Positions 1-10,401 of a stretch of DNA of 62,658 nt are shown here, piece by piece. Location: contig JAJZIX010000004.1 of assembly GCA_021810345.1 (NCBI GenBank), forward strand, positions 1 to 62,658, written 5' to 3'. Below the pieces are notes generated by a model. That model was not told the DNA's origin, ran no database searches, and was given only the letters and a program-made list of their open reading frames with translations. The stretch's first letter is position 1. Every line of letters starts with the position of its first letter. A program made the position numbers and the translations under genes. The stretch comes from Nanobdellota archaeon (lineage in GTDB: Archaea; Nanobdellota; Nanobdellia; Parvarchaeales; Parvarchaeaceae).

Positions 1-1215
1 GTGAGTATCGGCGGTTTACTTAGCCCCGTCCATTTTCGGGTTACAATATCTAGGTTGGTAAGTTGTAACACACTTTTTAAAGGATGGCCGCTTCTGAGCC
101 CACCTCCCAACTGTTTTAGATATTGTTTCCCTTTTTTGCACTTAGTAAACACTTAAGGGCCTTAACTCACGGCTAGGTTTTTTCCTTCTTGGTGTGGAAC
201 TTTACGCCACACACCCAACTTAAGCCCTTTACTGTTTTGAAATTCTGAGTTTGAAAATGATGTGGGACCTTTCGGTCCCTAGCAGCATGATCAGTGTCTT
301 TACCTTCAAAATAGCAGGACATAAGCTATCCTATGGGATATTTCGATGGGAACCAGCTATCGCCGTGCACGATTGGTTTTTCGCTCCTATACGCATGTCA
401 TCAGACAAGATAGTTCCCAACCTGTTCGGGCCTCCATGGGAAGTAATTCCCACTTCACCCTGCACACGTATAGATCGTACGGCTTCGGGTCTTACAAATA
501 TGACTTATGGCAGTTTCCTACCAGTGCCTTGCGGCAACTCGCTTTCGCTGTGGCTTCCAAATGTTAGCCTTGCCATATTCGTAAACTCCCTGCCCCTTTA
601 TGCTAAAAGGATGTTGCGACACTTGAGCCTGTTTATTTATTCGCAGGTTCACGACGCGCCGCAACAACTATAACTATTAGATTTCAGGTTCTATTTCACC
701 CTCTCATCGAGAGTGCTTTTCAACTTTCGCTCGCGCTACTTTACTCTATCGGTTTCGGGTCGTATTTAGGGTTAGATGTTTTTGACACCCGCATTCACAG
801 AAGAGTCTCGACCTCTGCTACTCTGCGTGATGACAATGTTTCCGGGGAATACGAGGCTGTCACTCTCTTTGGCGCGACATTCCAGTCGACTTTTTTCCCA
901 CCCGCACTGCCATTTACCACTCCACATCTCTGCATTGCTGCAGATTCAGATCGCCCTGTTCCCTTTTCATTCGCCATTACTAGGGGAATCTTTATTAATT
1001 TCTTTTCCTGCAGGTACTAAAATGTTTTAATTCCCCGCGTTCCCTTTCCTCCCTTGCGGAAGGAATCCATGCTTGCGCATGGGCATCACGCATTCAGAAA
1101 CGATACGATCAACAGTCGTCTGCACTTACCGTACCATTATCGCAACTTGCTGCGTCCTTCTTCAGCGCCCGAACCAAGTCATCCATCTAATAGCTTGGAG
1201 TTCGCAAATTACACG
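1..1215 (-). rRNA. rrl: 23S rRNA, 5' portion (partial, continues beyond window start); 5' end approximate
   Basis: Reverse complement contains universally conserved 23S domain I strings: GGGGAATTAAAACATTTTAGTACCTGCAGGAAAAGAAA...GATTCCCCTAGTAATGGCGAATGAA (around 990-1050) and GAGAGGGTGAAATAGAACCTGAAATC (around 685-710). The 5'-terminal AGATGGATGACTTGGTTCGGGCGCTGAAGAAGGACGC lies around 1150-1195. ORFs in this span are stop-poor artefacts. Confidence 0.85.
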
Positions 1216-1540
1216 GTCGCATCAACGTAAAGAACGTTTTGACACTTACTTCCCTACTGGGCACCAGTAAAGAAGCGCATACAATCGTTTTCGACAAGTA
1301 TCTATAATGTAAAAAAGCTTTATAAGCTTTTAGTTTTGGAAGGCCTCACTAAAGACTGGCTATTTTAGCTGAGGATAGGCTCAAAACTAGAACGCAAGCC
1401 ACTGCTGTATCTTCTGTTTTCCTTTATTAAATGCAATAAAATTTTACGTATATGCTCTCTTCAAAAACCTCGCACTATACGTTAAGCCAATTACTATAAA
1501 ACGGCATACAAATCTATAATAATTATTGGCTTATTAACGT

Positions 1541-2659
1541 TTAATCTAAGAAATCATTTTCCTTGATTTTATTTGGTATATACTCCTCTGTCATAAATGA
1601 CAGTCCTTTTGCAGTAAATGCATCTAATTCAACTTTTGCCTGAAGTTTCTCCATTTTTGATAACTCTTCTTGCCACGCTTTGTTATTCTTAAACCAGTCA
1701 TAATTTTTAATCTGCTTAAGCCTAGAAGTATCAACATCTTTAAATTTTATCAAATGCCGTTTTAATCCATAACGTTCTATGTCTTTTTCCATCAGACCTA
1801 AAAATTTGGCGTCGGGAAGAGCCAGCCTATCAGAAGCGTGTGCAAGCGCTATTGATCCGAATTTTATTGCAGAGTAAATATACACTCCCCAAGGATCAAA
1901 ATCGACAAGAACATAAACAGGTAAACCCTGCTCTTCGTGCAACCTTTGCAGCAATCTTCTTATGCCCCTCGTTGCTTGGCCCTGACTTGACATTATGACG
2001 CAGTGTAATTTCTTCCATGCTTTATCTTCATTTGCCCTCTCAAACATTGTACTTTTTTCGAAGTACAAAATGAATTTTGCATCTACTTTGCGGAATATTA
2101 TCTCTTCCACGTTACTAGGTATCGCCCAGCCACCACTGCCGAGTTTAGACCAGTCTATGACATCACCCCTGTCTTCTATGACAACTTCACCAGCCACAGA
2201 TCCGTTCTTATTTGCATTTATATTAAGCTGCTCCCTTGTAAGATCGGTTATCAGTTCTAGGTCTTCTATTGCCTTGTTGGTTTCTGTCTGATCATCGACT
2301 ACGTCTATTTTTGTGCCCGGTATAGTTCTCCTTACCTGATAGAATGCGGACCTTAAGCTTGTGTGCTTGTCGCTCTTTATCAGCTCCCTGCTGACGGCTG
2401 CCATAGCCATGGTCTGTATAAATTTTCTGACGTGACCCACGTTCAGGAAATATCTTCTCGACAATCCGCTGCCTAGCGTTATCATCCTGCTCTGCTCATT
2501 GTATTTGACGTTAGAAAGCCCCCTGACCGGCAAAGTTAGGTAAGGATTCTCACCCTTCTCTATTTGGCTGTATACATTTTTCCCTAGATCTTCAAGTACT
2601 TTCAGTCTATTTTTCTTTGATTTTTCAATTTCATTTGTATCCATATCACTCCTCGCCAC
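1541..2659 (-). CDS. top6A: DNA topoisomerase VI subunit A (Spo11-like)
   Basis: 372 aa. Family-typical length and Toprim-region strings (VLVDFDPWGVYIYS, FILYFEKSTMF). 14-nt overlap with the upstream top6B ORF. Confidence 0.92.
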   Translation of the reverse strand: MARSDMDTNEIEKSKKNRLKVLEDLGKNVYSQIEKGENPYLTLPVRGLSNVKYNEQSRMITLGSGLSRRYFLNVGHVRKFIQTMAMAAVSRELIKSDKHTSLRSAFYQVRRTIPGTKIDVVDDQTETNKAIEDLELITDLTREQLNINANKNGSVAGEVVIEDRGDVIDWSKLGSGGWAIPSNVEEIIFRKVDAKFILYFEKSTMFERANEDKAWKKLHCVIMSSQGQATRGIRRLLQRLHEEQGLPVYVLVDFDPWGVYIYSAIKFGSIALAHASDRLALPDAKFLGLMEKDIERYGLKRHLIKFKDVDTSRLKQIKNYDWFKNNKAWQEELSKMEKLQAKVELDAFTAKGLSFMTEEYIPNKIKENDFLD

Positions 2660-4517
2660 CCCCCTCAGAGGAGGTGTCTGATTCTATTTTGCTTGAAACT
2701 ACATCACCCTGACTCAGACTCTCCTCAACATTAGCTTTGACTTCATCCCTTTTCTTTTCGAGCAAAGTCTCTATCTTCTTCTTTATTTTCGGTTCCTCTA
2801 TGTCGGTTAATTTCGACAGGGAGAAGGCAAGCTCAATCCCATACTTATCGAAAAGACTTATCCTCTCCTGGAAAAGACTGCTCTTGTGCTTGCGATTCAG
2901 GAAGACCGACATGCCCCTGACCAGCTCCTGGAGCGCCAGCTTTATCTCCTTTGTTATTATAGGATAGCTGGCCACTGAGTTTTTACTCTCATTGGAGTAT
3001 GGCACCCACACAGAAGCAATGTGTACTATGAAAACCATTGGGCCTATTGGGACCTTATTCTCCGCCTTCAGGCCATAACGTGAGTAATCTATGCTGATAA
3101 AGCTCTGGGTCAGAGCGCATGAAGCTGAATCAAAAAGCAGTGGTATCTTGTTCGCGAACCTCATCAATGTGGCTTTATCACCAACGATCTTACCGCCATA
3201 TGCAAGGGCAACCTCGATCTGGAAAGGCATCCCCCTGTAAACTTCAGGCTTTCTTGTTACTGATTTCACGAACTCCGGCGAGTATTCTTTCTTCAGGCTT
3301 TTTTCCAGTTCCTCTCCGCCTATTGGGGAGAGACAGTCCGTCTGCGGCCGCATCAAGTCAATTGACTGCAATGCCTTTAATATGGAGGCCGCCTGAACCC
3401 TGTCTATGTCAGAAGGCTTGGTCTTTGGATCGAGACCGACTCCCTTTACGGTCTCCTCTGCAACTGCTCTGCTCACACGTGACAACTCATTCTCAAGGGT
3501 TGACACAACGGTTCTCTGTGTGGAATTCTTCAGTATCCTCATGAATATCCCTATTTCGAGGCCATGTGGATGCGGCTTTATCTCCACTGCTTCCTTCGGT
3601 AGGACATTTACTACACGCTTGTATGTTATCTTTTCGTCGTTCGGATTGGTGTAATGTATCGTCACATGAGGGTTGACCAGCGCAGTTCGTCTTATATATT
3701 CATCTACGCTTTTCTGCCCTGCTACGTAAAGGCCTTCTATCTCAAGCTCTATCCTCGTGCCATGTTCATACGGAAAGGCGGATTCGCCTTTCTCGATCAC
3801 TTCCGGCTCATTTTTCATTATGTTTATCTGGACTTTCATCTCAACGGCCTTCTTCTGGGACTGGACCTTTGAAATTATCTTTGCCGGTTTGCCTGTTGTG
3901 AGCTGCGAGTAAAGGACTGCGGAGTGGATCCCTATCCCTTGCTGTCCCCTGTTCTGCTTCATGGATTGGAACTTGCTACCATAAAGCATCCTCCCGAATA
4001 TGTCCGGTATCTTTGATTCAAGTATCCCCGGTCCGTTGTCCATTATACTTATTAAAAATATAGGGGATGTTTTCTTCAGCCTCAGTGGTTGCCCATTCAT
4101 TGTGACGGAAAGCTTATCGTTCTGGCTGCTCACGGTAAACGTTGCATCCTCAACTTTTATGGACGCAGAGCCTCCTCTTATTTGCTTGGTTTCTGATTTT
4201 CCCTTGTAAAGCACGGTGCAGTCGCTTTTTTGTATCATCATCTGCGCTATGTTGTGCTTTTCATCCAAAAGCTGGTAATTGTCGCTCAGCGCCTTTACTT
4301 CTACGCTTATCTCCGGGAGTGATACCTCCTGCTTTTCCCTCTCCTCTATATGCCCAAGCTCCTCACACGCATCCAGAGAGTTGTCCACCGCTTCCTTGAC
4401 GCAGGTCAATAGCGCTTTCTGCTTGTTGTCAAATCCCAGCAGATGCCTGTTCTTCTCAAAGAACTCTGTTACGCTTATCGCCCTCTGTTTCTTCGCCAGC
4501 TCTTCAGCTACTTCCAT
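2646..4517 (-). CDS. top6B: DNA topoisomerase VI subunit B (GHKL ATPase)
   Basis: 623 aa. N-terminal SVTEFFEKNRHLLGFDN and EAVDNSLDA (Bergerat-fold N box). DNGPGI and GSKF...QNRGQQGIG ATP-lid motifs. Confidence 0.92.
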   Translation of the reverse strand: MEVAEELAKKQRAISVTEFFEKNRHLLGFDNKQKALLTCVKEAVDNSLDACEELGHIEEREKQEVSLPEISVEVKALSDNYQLLDEKHNIAQMMIQKSDCTVLYKGKSETKQIRGGSASIKVEDATFTVSSQNDKLSVTMNGQPLRLKKTSPIFLISIMDNGPGILESKIPDIFGRMLYGSKFQSMKQNRGQQGIGIHSAVLYSQLTTGKPAKIISKVQSQKKAVEMKVQINIMKNEPEVIEKGESAFPYEHGTRIELEIEGLYVAGQKSVDEYIRRTALVNPHVTIHYTNPNDEKITYKRVVNVLPKEAVEIKPHPHGLEIGIFMRILKNSTQRTVVSTLENELSRVSRAVAEETVKGVGLDPKTKPSDIDRVQAASILKALQSIDLMRPQTDCLSPIGGEELEKSLKKEYSPEFVKSVTRKPEVYRGMPFQIEVALAYGGKIVGDKATLMRFANKIPLLFDSASCALTQSFISIDYSRYGLKAENKVPIGPMVFIVHIASVWVPYSNESKNSVASYPIITKEIKLALQELVRGMSVFLNRKHKSSLFQERISLFDKYGIELAFSLSKLTDIEEPKIKKKIETLLEKKRDEVKANVEESLSQGDVVSSKIESDTSSEGGGEE

Positions 4518-5019
4518 TTTGGTATGCCTCCAATTTTTTCCTGTCTATTGAAATGAATACACTATCATGTTTTGCGCCATTTAAAATCATTTCTATTGCA
4601 CCCTGCGCCATGCCAATCCTTTCTACATGCCCGACTATACTTATAGTTTTCCCCTGTATTTTTATGTAGCAGGAAGTTTCTTTCATCAGTCTTTTCTTTA
4701 TCATCCCTCTGCTTCCTATCACGCGGCCTTTGAGCTCCATCTGCCTTTTCTTGGATCTAGTGTAATCATTTATGTTCACCACGGCTATATCATATGAATC
4801 ATCCAAAAGCAGGGAGGAAATTGCACTGTCAAACCCTCGGTTGAAGGCAGTAACCGCATTCTTGGCAAGCATAGAGCGGAAAGCGTTGTCTGATTTCAGC
4901 CTTGCCTTCGTTTTGTCTATTGTTATCTCAACGCCTGTATCCCTTATCTTAGTGAGCAGCTTTGACTGCAGCTTAAGCTCATTAGCCCTCGAGGCAGTCA
5001 TGTTTATCTCTTCTTCCAT
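4504..5019 (-). CDS. KH-domain RNA-binding protein (Pno1/Dim2/Krr1-like)
   Basis: 171 aa. The GRVIGSRGMIKKRL stretch fits the KH GXXG loop. Size and two-KH layout resemble archaeal Dim2-like proteins. Overlaps top6B by 14 nt. Confidence 0.6.
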   Translation of the reverse strand: MEEEINMTASRANELKLQSKLLTKIRDTGVEITIDKTKARLKSDNAFRSMLAKNAVTAFNRGFDSAISSLLLDDSYDIAVVNINDYTRSKKRQMELKGRVIGSRGMIKKRLMKETSCYIKIQGKTISIVGHVERIGMAQGAIEMILNGAKHDSVFISIDRKKLEAYQNGSS

Positions 5020-5025
5020 GAAACA

Positions 5026-6591
5026 CTAGAACTCCTTTACCATATATTCATTCTCTAATTTATAACCTTGCTTTCTATAGTATTCCCTCACACCAACGCC
5101 GGATATTATCTTTATTTTACCGGCTGAATATTCTGATGCGGCGATTCTTTCGGCTTCCGAAAGAAGCGACTTACCCACGCCTTTGTGCTGGAAACCTGAG
5201 TCGCTCCTGGAGGACAGAGTCTCCTGCTCGCCGTAAACATGCAGCTCCCTGACAAGCGCTTCTTTGCTGCCATCTGGGATCCGGAGCCTCAAAAACCCTA
5301 TTAAGCCCTTGCTTACTAAATCATCGCAGCTTATGAAGATTTCATCGCCGCCTGCCGCTCTGTATGTTTCCTTTGATATTTTAATTTTGACCTCTCCCCC
5401 AGTGTACACGTGTCCTATCTCTCTACTTCTTATATCCATCGGCTTTCTGCCGCGCTTCCTTATCTCATCGAATACCAACTGCCTTAAATTTGTCATCTTT
5501 ACACCTCCCTCTATCAAATTCGATGGGATGTCTCTCTCAACGCGCATTATCCTTAACCATTTAGGTGCGTTTATCTCAGCCTCAGCTATAATATCCACTA
5601 TGTCCTTTAAGTCGTAGGAGCTGTACTCTCCCCTCTTCCACATTTTGTAAAGGCCGGTGCCTTTTATAACCAAAGTCGGGTATATCTTTATCGCATCCGG
5701 CTTCAGCTCCTCGTTTTCATACACCTGCTTCAAAGTCTCCCTATCCTTGTCGATGTCAGAGAAAGGTAGGTTCAGCATTATGTGGTGGTCAACCTTAAAG
5801 GCGCTGTCCCTGAGTCTTTTTGTAGTGTCTTTGACATCGCCTATCGTGTGACCTCTGTTGTTTTTCTTCAATATGTCATCATACACGCTCTGGACTCCCA
5901 TCTCCACCCTTGTCACTCCAAAGCTTAGGAGCTGCTTGACTTCCTTTTCGCTGCATCTTTCTGGCTTGGTCTCGATTGCAAATGTGACACACCTGTTCTG
6001 CGCGGTTTCATTGAATATTTTCTGCGCTTCTAAGTCTCCCTCAATTTTCCTACCTGATGAGAATTCATTCAGCGATTTGTAGATTTGGGTCACAAAATCC
6101 TTTTTGTAATCCTCTGGGAGTGTCGTGAACGTGCCACCTATCACTATTACTTCTATCTTCTGTGGTGTCAAACCCATGAAATTATACTGCTTTAGGCGAG
6201 CCTGCACCTGCCGGTATGGATCGTAGTCATTCATTGCCGCACGCCTGGCCGCAGGTTCAAATCCTGTGTAGCTCTGTGGAGTGTTGTACTCTACACCGCC
6301 AGGACAGAATATACACTTCCCATGGGGGCAGGGATACGGCTTTGTCATCAAAGCAAGCACTGATATCCCCGATAGAGTGCGGACAGGTTTGGATTTAAGC
6401 AGCGAAAATATTTTATCATCATTCTCTGCAAGCTCCAATATGTTCCCGTTTTTCGGTATATTAGAGAAGCCCATGCTCCTTGATATTCTCTTCTTCAAGC
6501 GCATTGCCTCCTCCCTGCTTGGATTCTCCATATTTCCAAGTTCGCTTGAAAAACTGGCGACGAACCTCTCCATTTTGGCTTTTTCTTCCAT
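5026..6591 (-). CDS. elp3: Elp3-family radical SAM / GNAT acetyltransferase (tRNA U34 modification)
   Basis: 521 aa. Cys cluster CPHGKCIFCPGG, radical-SAM core, and a C-terminal GNAT motif (FQHKGVGKSLLSEAERIA). Confidence 0.9.
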   Translation of the reverse strand: MEEKAKMERFVASFSSELGNMENPSREEAMRLKKRISRSMGFSNIPKNGNILELAENDDKIFSLLKSKPVRTLSGISVLALMTKPYPCPHGKCIFCPGGVEYNTPQSYTGFEPAARRAAMNDYDPYRQVQARLKQYNFMGLTPQKIEVIVIGGTFTTLPEDYKKDFVTQIYKSLNEFSSGRKIEGDLEAQKIFNETAQNRCVTFAIETKPERCSEKEVKQLLSFGVTRVEMGVQSVYDDILKKNNRGHTIGDVKDTTKRLRDSAFKVDHHIMLNLPFSDIDKDRETLKQVYENEELKPDAIKIYPTLVIKGTGLYKMWKRGEYSSYDLKDIVDIIAEAEINAPKWLRIMRVERDIPSNLIEGGVKMTNLRQLVFDEIRKRGRKPMDIRSREIGHVYTGGEVKIKISKETYRAAGGDEIFISCDDLVSKGLIGFLRLRIPDGSKEALVRELHVYGEQETLSSRSDSGFQHKGVGKSLLSEAERIAASEYSAGKIKIISGVGVREYYRKQGYKLENEYMVKEF

Positions 6592-6639
6592 ACAAAGTGA
6601 TATGTTAGTTATTTAATATTAAAATTAGTACTAATATCT

Positions 6640-8895
6640 ATGAATAGAAAATCACAGGTAATAAGCATTTTCTTTGCAGTGTTCTTGATAATAGCAGTCT
6701 TGAGCATCATCGGGCTTGAATCTGCAAACCTGAAAACCAACGAAAACATAAGCCAGATAGAGACCGCTTACACGCTCACAGACAATGCTTATCAATCCAT
6801 CTCAAACGTTTACAGCACCGCATATAATCTTGGGCTGTCCCCGCAGGCCATAAGCTTCCTGCAGAGCTCAGTAGCTGCTATAGCTGATACTTATATGATA
6901 AACTACCACCTGAACCTATCCGAGGGGATAGCACTGACGAATCCATCGACTTCGCTCCAGCCTACATCCTTCGTAGAGAAAGTACCCGTGACAATAACAA
7001 ACTCGCAGAATGCAGGGGTTGCACCCTTTCAGCAGATGATAAACTTCACTTCATCCGATCCAGGATGGAGTTATATGAATACATCTGCTGTGGGTTTCGG
7101 CCAAAACGTTGAATTCCTATACTCAAACGGGCAGGTGATTCCATCCTGGTTGGAGAGTTACAATCCGACCGATGGTGTATGGTGGATCAAATTGGGGAGT
7201 ATGCCTCCCTCTTCTTCAACAACAATATACATGGGATTTGCACCCCAAACAACAAATCTTTTCAATAATGTAAATGACGGTGAAGCTCCAACCCTTTCAG
7301 AAATCGTACAATCTAATGGTATTGAATATGCAGCGCCAATAACAATAGCGAATTCGCAGTCTTCAGCTACGCCTTCACCTTTCCAGCAGATGCTCAATAT
7401 ATCTTCATCCGTATACTCAAGCTATGCAGCATCAAACCTGCAGAATGTCGAATTCCTGTATAAGAATGGTACTGTGATACCTTCATGGCTGGAGCAGTAT
7501 ACTTCTTCGTATGCGATATGGTGGGTAAAGTTAGGTAGCATCCCGGCTGGTGGAAACGTTAAGGTTTATATGGGCTTTGCCTCGACTTCAACTAACCTGT
7601 TTAACACCAACGACGTCGGTGAAGCCCCGACTTTATCATCCAGTTATGGGGAATATGATGATGGAGCGAACGTTTTCAAGCTTTATACAAACTTTGCCGG
7701 GACTTCTGTGCCATCCGGATTCACGGAATACCACTCGTCTGATTCCTCAATATCAGTAAATAACGGTATAACATTTAACATTGGGGACAGCGACAATCCT
7801 GCCTATGCTTTTATCCTATACGGCAGCAATTTCCCAGACAGCGTTGTTGATGCAGAGATAACAAGCATACCGGTAGCCCAGGACGGCAGCACGGAATACC
7901 CTGGTTTCACCTCATCGACAATAGGCAACGGGATGGCGAATTATGTTGGTTTCGAATGGTATGAAACATGCGGTTATGTTTACCATGGTGATGAAATATA
8001 CAATGTAAGCGAAATTAGTAGCAACACTGGTGGATTAAACGCCCACACAATTATGTCCTCGTCAAATGCTTTTATAACTGGATACTATAATTACTCCACT
8101 ATTCTGTCATCAACAGACACCGCAACGCCTGCAGACACTTATCCCGTGCTCGGAGTTCAGACTGCAGGATCCAGCTCCGGTTGCCCAGACACGGAGGCAG
8201 CCTCATACCAATGGTATGATGTCAGAGCGGAACCACCAAACGGAGTAATGCCTTCCATAAGTGTAGGGGCAGTTGCTTCGAATGGATATTATGCGGAATA
8301 CGATGATGGAGCAAATGTATTCAGCAATTACTGGAATTTTGCCGGGGCAAGCCTGCCAAGTGGATGGAATTCAACAGAAACAGCTAGTTTAGCAGTAAAC
8401 AATGGGGTTTCTTTTACAGGTGCTTCTGGTGGCGGTAATGCAGCCCAAATAGTTTATACAACGGCAATTAATCCTCCTTTTGTGTTAGAATATGATGCAT
8501 ATTCAAGTGGGAATAACCCCGCAGGAGATTTGGCATATGTAAATCAATATGGCTCTGCCTTTTCAAATGGGTATCAAGCATTATTTTCTAATGGTGGAAC
8601 TAGCACAGATATAAACTATTGGTCTAGTGGTTCAATCACAACCGAAGCAAGCACAAGTGCAGGGCCTTCAGTATCACAAATTGAAAGTTATGCACCTATG
8701 TCTCTTGGGGTTGGTCCAAACATTGTTTGGGGGATGTGGAATTACCAGTATTACATTTCATGGTCTGCAACTCCAACTACAGGTTATTACATTGCATTAG
8801 GCAGTTGGTGGGATGATAAAACGATTCATATTCAGTGGGCCCGTGTTCGTGCTTATCCTCCAAACGGAGTGATGCCTTCCGTGAGTTTTGGCTGA
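6640..8895 (+). CDS. Large N-terminally anchored surface protein: 2 x DUF2341-like modules plus 2 x ConA/LamG-like modules
   Basis: 751 aa. N-terminus MNRKSQ plus hydrophobic helix. Clear internal duplications (see findings). Rich in N-x-S/T sequons. Confidence 0.75.
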   Translation: MNRKSQVISIFFAVFLIIAVLSIIGLESANLKTNENISQIETAYTLTDNAYQSISNVYSTAYNLGLSPQAISFLQSSVAAIADTYMINYHLNLSEGIALTNPSTSLQPTSFVEKVPVTITNSQNAGVAPFQQMINFTSSDPGWSYMNTSAVGFGQNVEFLYSNGQVIPSWLESYNPTDGVWWIKLGSMPPSSSTTIYMGFAPQTTNLFNNVNDGEAPTLSEIVQSNGIEYAAPITIANSQSSATPSPFQQMLNISSSVYSSYAASNLQNVEFLYKNGTVIPSWLEQYTSSYAIWWVKLGSIPAGGNVKVYMGFASTSTNLFNTNDVGEAPTLSSSYGEYDDGANVFKLYTNFAGTSVPSGFTEYHSSDSSISVNNGITFNIGDSDNPAYAFILYGSNFPDSVVDAEITSIPVAQDGSTEYPGFTSSTIGNGMANYVGFEWYETCGYVYHGDEIYNVSEISSNTGGLNAHTIMSSSNAFITGYYNYSTILSSTDTATPADTYPVLGVQTAGSSSGCPDTEAASYQWYDVRAEPPNGVMPSISVGAVASNGYYAEYDDGANVFSNYWNFAGASLPSGWNSTETASLAVNNGVSFTGASGGGNAAQIVYTTAINPPFVLEYDAYSSGNNPAGDLAYVNQYGSAFSNGYQALFSNGGTSTDINYWSSGSITTEASTSAGPSVSQIESYAPMSLGVGPNIVWGMWNYQYYISWSATPTTGYYIALGSWWDDKTIHIQWARVRAYPPNGVMPSVSFG

Positions 8896-8938
8896 TAATA
8901 AGAGAAACGCGGCGGCAATAGAAGGCCCAGTGCACCAT

Positions 8939-9976
8939 CTAAGAGAAAAGGAAATCTGCCGTCCTTTCTTTGTTGAATGGGATCAAGTCTCCATAGCCTT
9001 GGCCAGTGCCCAAAAATATTATCGGTTTCTTGGTTATATAAGATATTGACAGGACCGCACCACCTTTTTTGTCCACATCAGCCTTTGATAGGATCGTTGC
9101 GTCTATGTTTACTTCTCTATCAAATATCTGGGCCTGGTTCACTGCATCGTTTCCTGTTAAGGCGTCGCCAACGAATATCGTCAGGTCCGGCTGGCTTACT
9201 CTCTTTACTTTTTTCAGTTCTTCGAGTAGGTTCTTGTTTATGTCGCTCCTGCCGGCTGTGTCCACTAAAACCACATCAACCCCGTTCGTTCTTGCATGCT
9301 TTATCGCGTCGAAAGCAACAGCTGCAGGATCGGACCCGTAATTGTGCTTTATCACGTTTATCCCCAGGTTTTTGGAGTGGACTTCTAGCTGTTCTATCGA
9401 TGCTGCCCTGAAAGTATCGCTGGCTGATACCACGACCTTGAAGCCTTTGTCCATCAAAAACTTGGCGACTTTAGCCAGAGTTGTAGTTTTGCCGACGCCG
9501 TTCACGCCCACAAACAGGATCACAAATGGCTTCTTGTTTTTTATTTTCTCTATCAACTGATCTACTGGATACTCGGACAGGATGTTTGCTACGCTCTTCT
9601 TCATTATTTCTTCTACTGCTTTTTTTGATGAAATCAGCGAGACATCCTGACCGACAAGCTCCTCAAGCAGATCTGCTTTTATCGAATCTAAAACTGAGAC
9701 TGCAACATTGTTATCAAAAAGGGCCTGGCGCATCCCTTCATAGATGTCCATTACTTCCTGCTCTGTTATCTTATGCGACAGCAGCCTCTTCTTGACCTGC
9801 TTATTGTGCTCTTCCTTCTTTGGTTTGCTTGATGGTGCTTTGGTCTTCTCTTCGGCTGCTTTCTGCGGAGCCTCATGGGCTTCCTCATGCAGTTCCTCTG
9901 TCTTTTCTTCCTTCTTGACTTTCTTGGTTATAGAATCTATTGAGTCTTTTATTTTTTTCTTTATGAAATCAAACAT
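8939..9976 (-). CDS. ftsY: Signal recognition particle receptor FtsY
   Basis: 345 aa. Lys/Glu-rich A-domain followed by an NG domain with GVNGVGKTTT (G1), DTAGR (G3) and SKADVD (G4). Confidence 0.92.
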   Translation of the reverse strand: MFDFIKKKIKDSIDSITKKVKKEEKTEELHEEAHEAPQKAAEEKTKAPSSKPKKEEHNKQVKKRLLSHKITEQEVMDIYEGMRQALFDNNVAVSVLDSIKADLLEELVGQDVSLISSKKAVEEIMKKSVANILSEYPVDQLIEKIKNKKPFVILFVGVNGVGKTTTLAKVAKFLMDKGFKVVVSASDTFRAASIEQLEVHSKNLGINVIKHNYGSDPAAVAFDAIKHARTNGVDVVLVDTAGRSDINKNLLEELKKVKRVSQPDLTIFVGDALTGNDAVNQAQIFDREVNIDATILSKADVDKKGGAVLSISYITKKPIIFLGTGQGYGDLIPFNKERTADFLFS

Positions 9977-9978
9977 AT

Positions 9979-10401
9979 CTACTTGAGGCCGGCCTGGTAC
10001 TGCGTGTACAGCTTGGTGGCTTCCTCTTCAAGTATTTCGCCCTTTGCCTGCAGGGCCTGGATGACCTGCGCTATTTTCTCGATGTTATCGCCCATCTCCT
10101 TTAAGTCCTTTTCAAGCTTTTTCTTCAGTTCATCGAAACTGTACTCCTTGAAGACCCCGCTGCCTATGCTGACAAGTGCTGAAGAACTGTTTGTGATGTT
10201 CGCTTTAAGGAAAATCTCCTGACTGTATGGAACATAAACCTCGTTGGCATCCTTGATCCCATCAAGGCCCAATAAGGATCGATTGAGGGAATCCTGCGCC
10301 GACTGCAGCTCGTTCAGAGCATTTATGTAGTTCTCTAGGTCCCTTCTGAGGTACTCTATTTCGAGCAGCCTCTTGTTTATCTCCTCTTCATTTGTTTCCA
10401 T
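9979..10401 (-). CDS. pfdA: Prefoldin alpha subunit
   Basis: 140 aa, coiled-coil / beta-hairpin / coiled-coil layout. Sits in the conserved position immediately upstream of ftsY. Confidence 0.75.
   Translation of the reverse strand: METNEEEINKRLLEIEYLRRDLENYINALNELQSAQDSLNRSLLGLDGIKDANEVYVPYSQEIFLKANITNSSSALVSIGSGVFKEYSFDELKKKLEKDLKEMGDNIEKIAQVIQALQAKGEILEEEATKLYTQYQAGLK

Noticed and set aside
251-1270. Several 60-140 aa ORFs on both strands (251-673, 346-567, 776-1030, 795-977, 1073-1270)
   Set aside because: They lie entirely within the 23S rRNA gene. Conserved rRNA strings explain the sequence, and the ORFs have no SD or coding composition.
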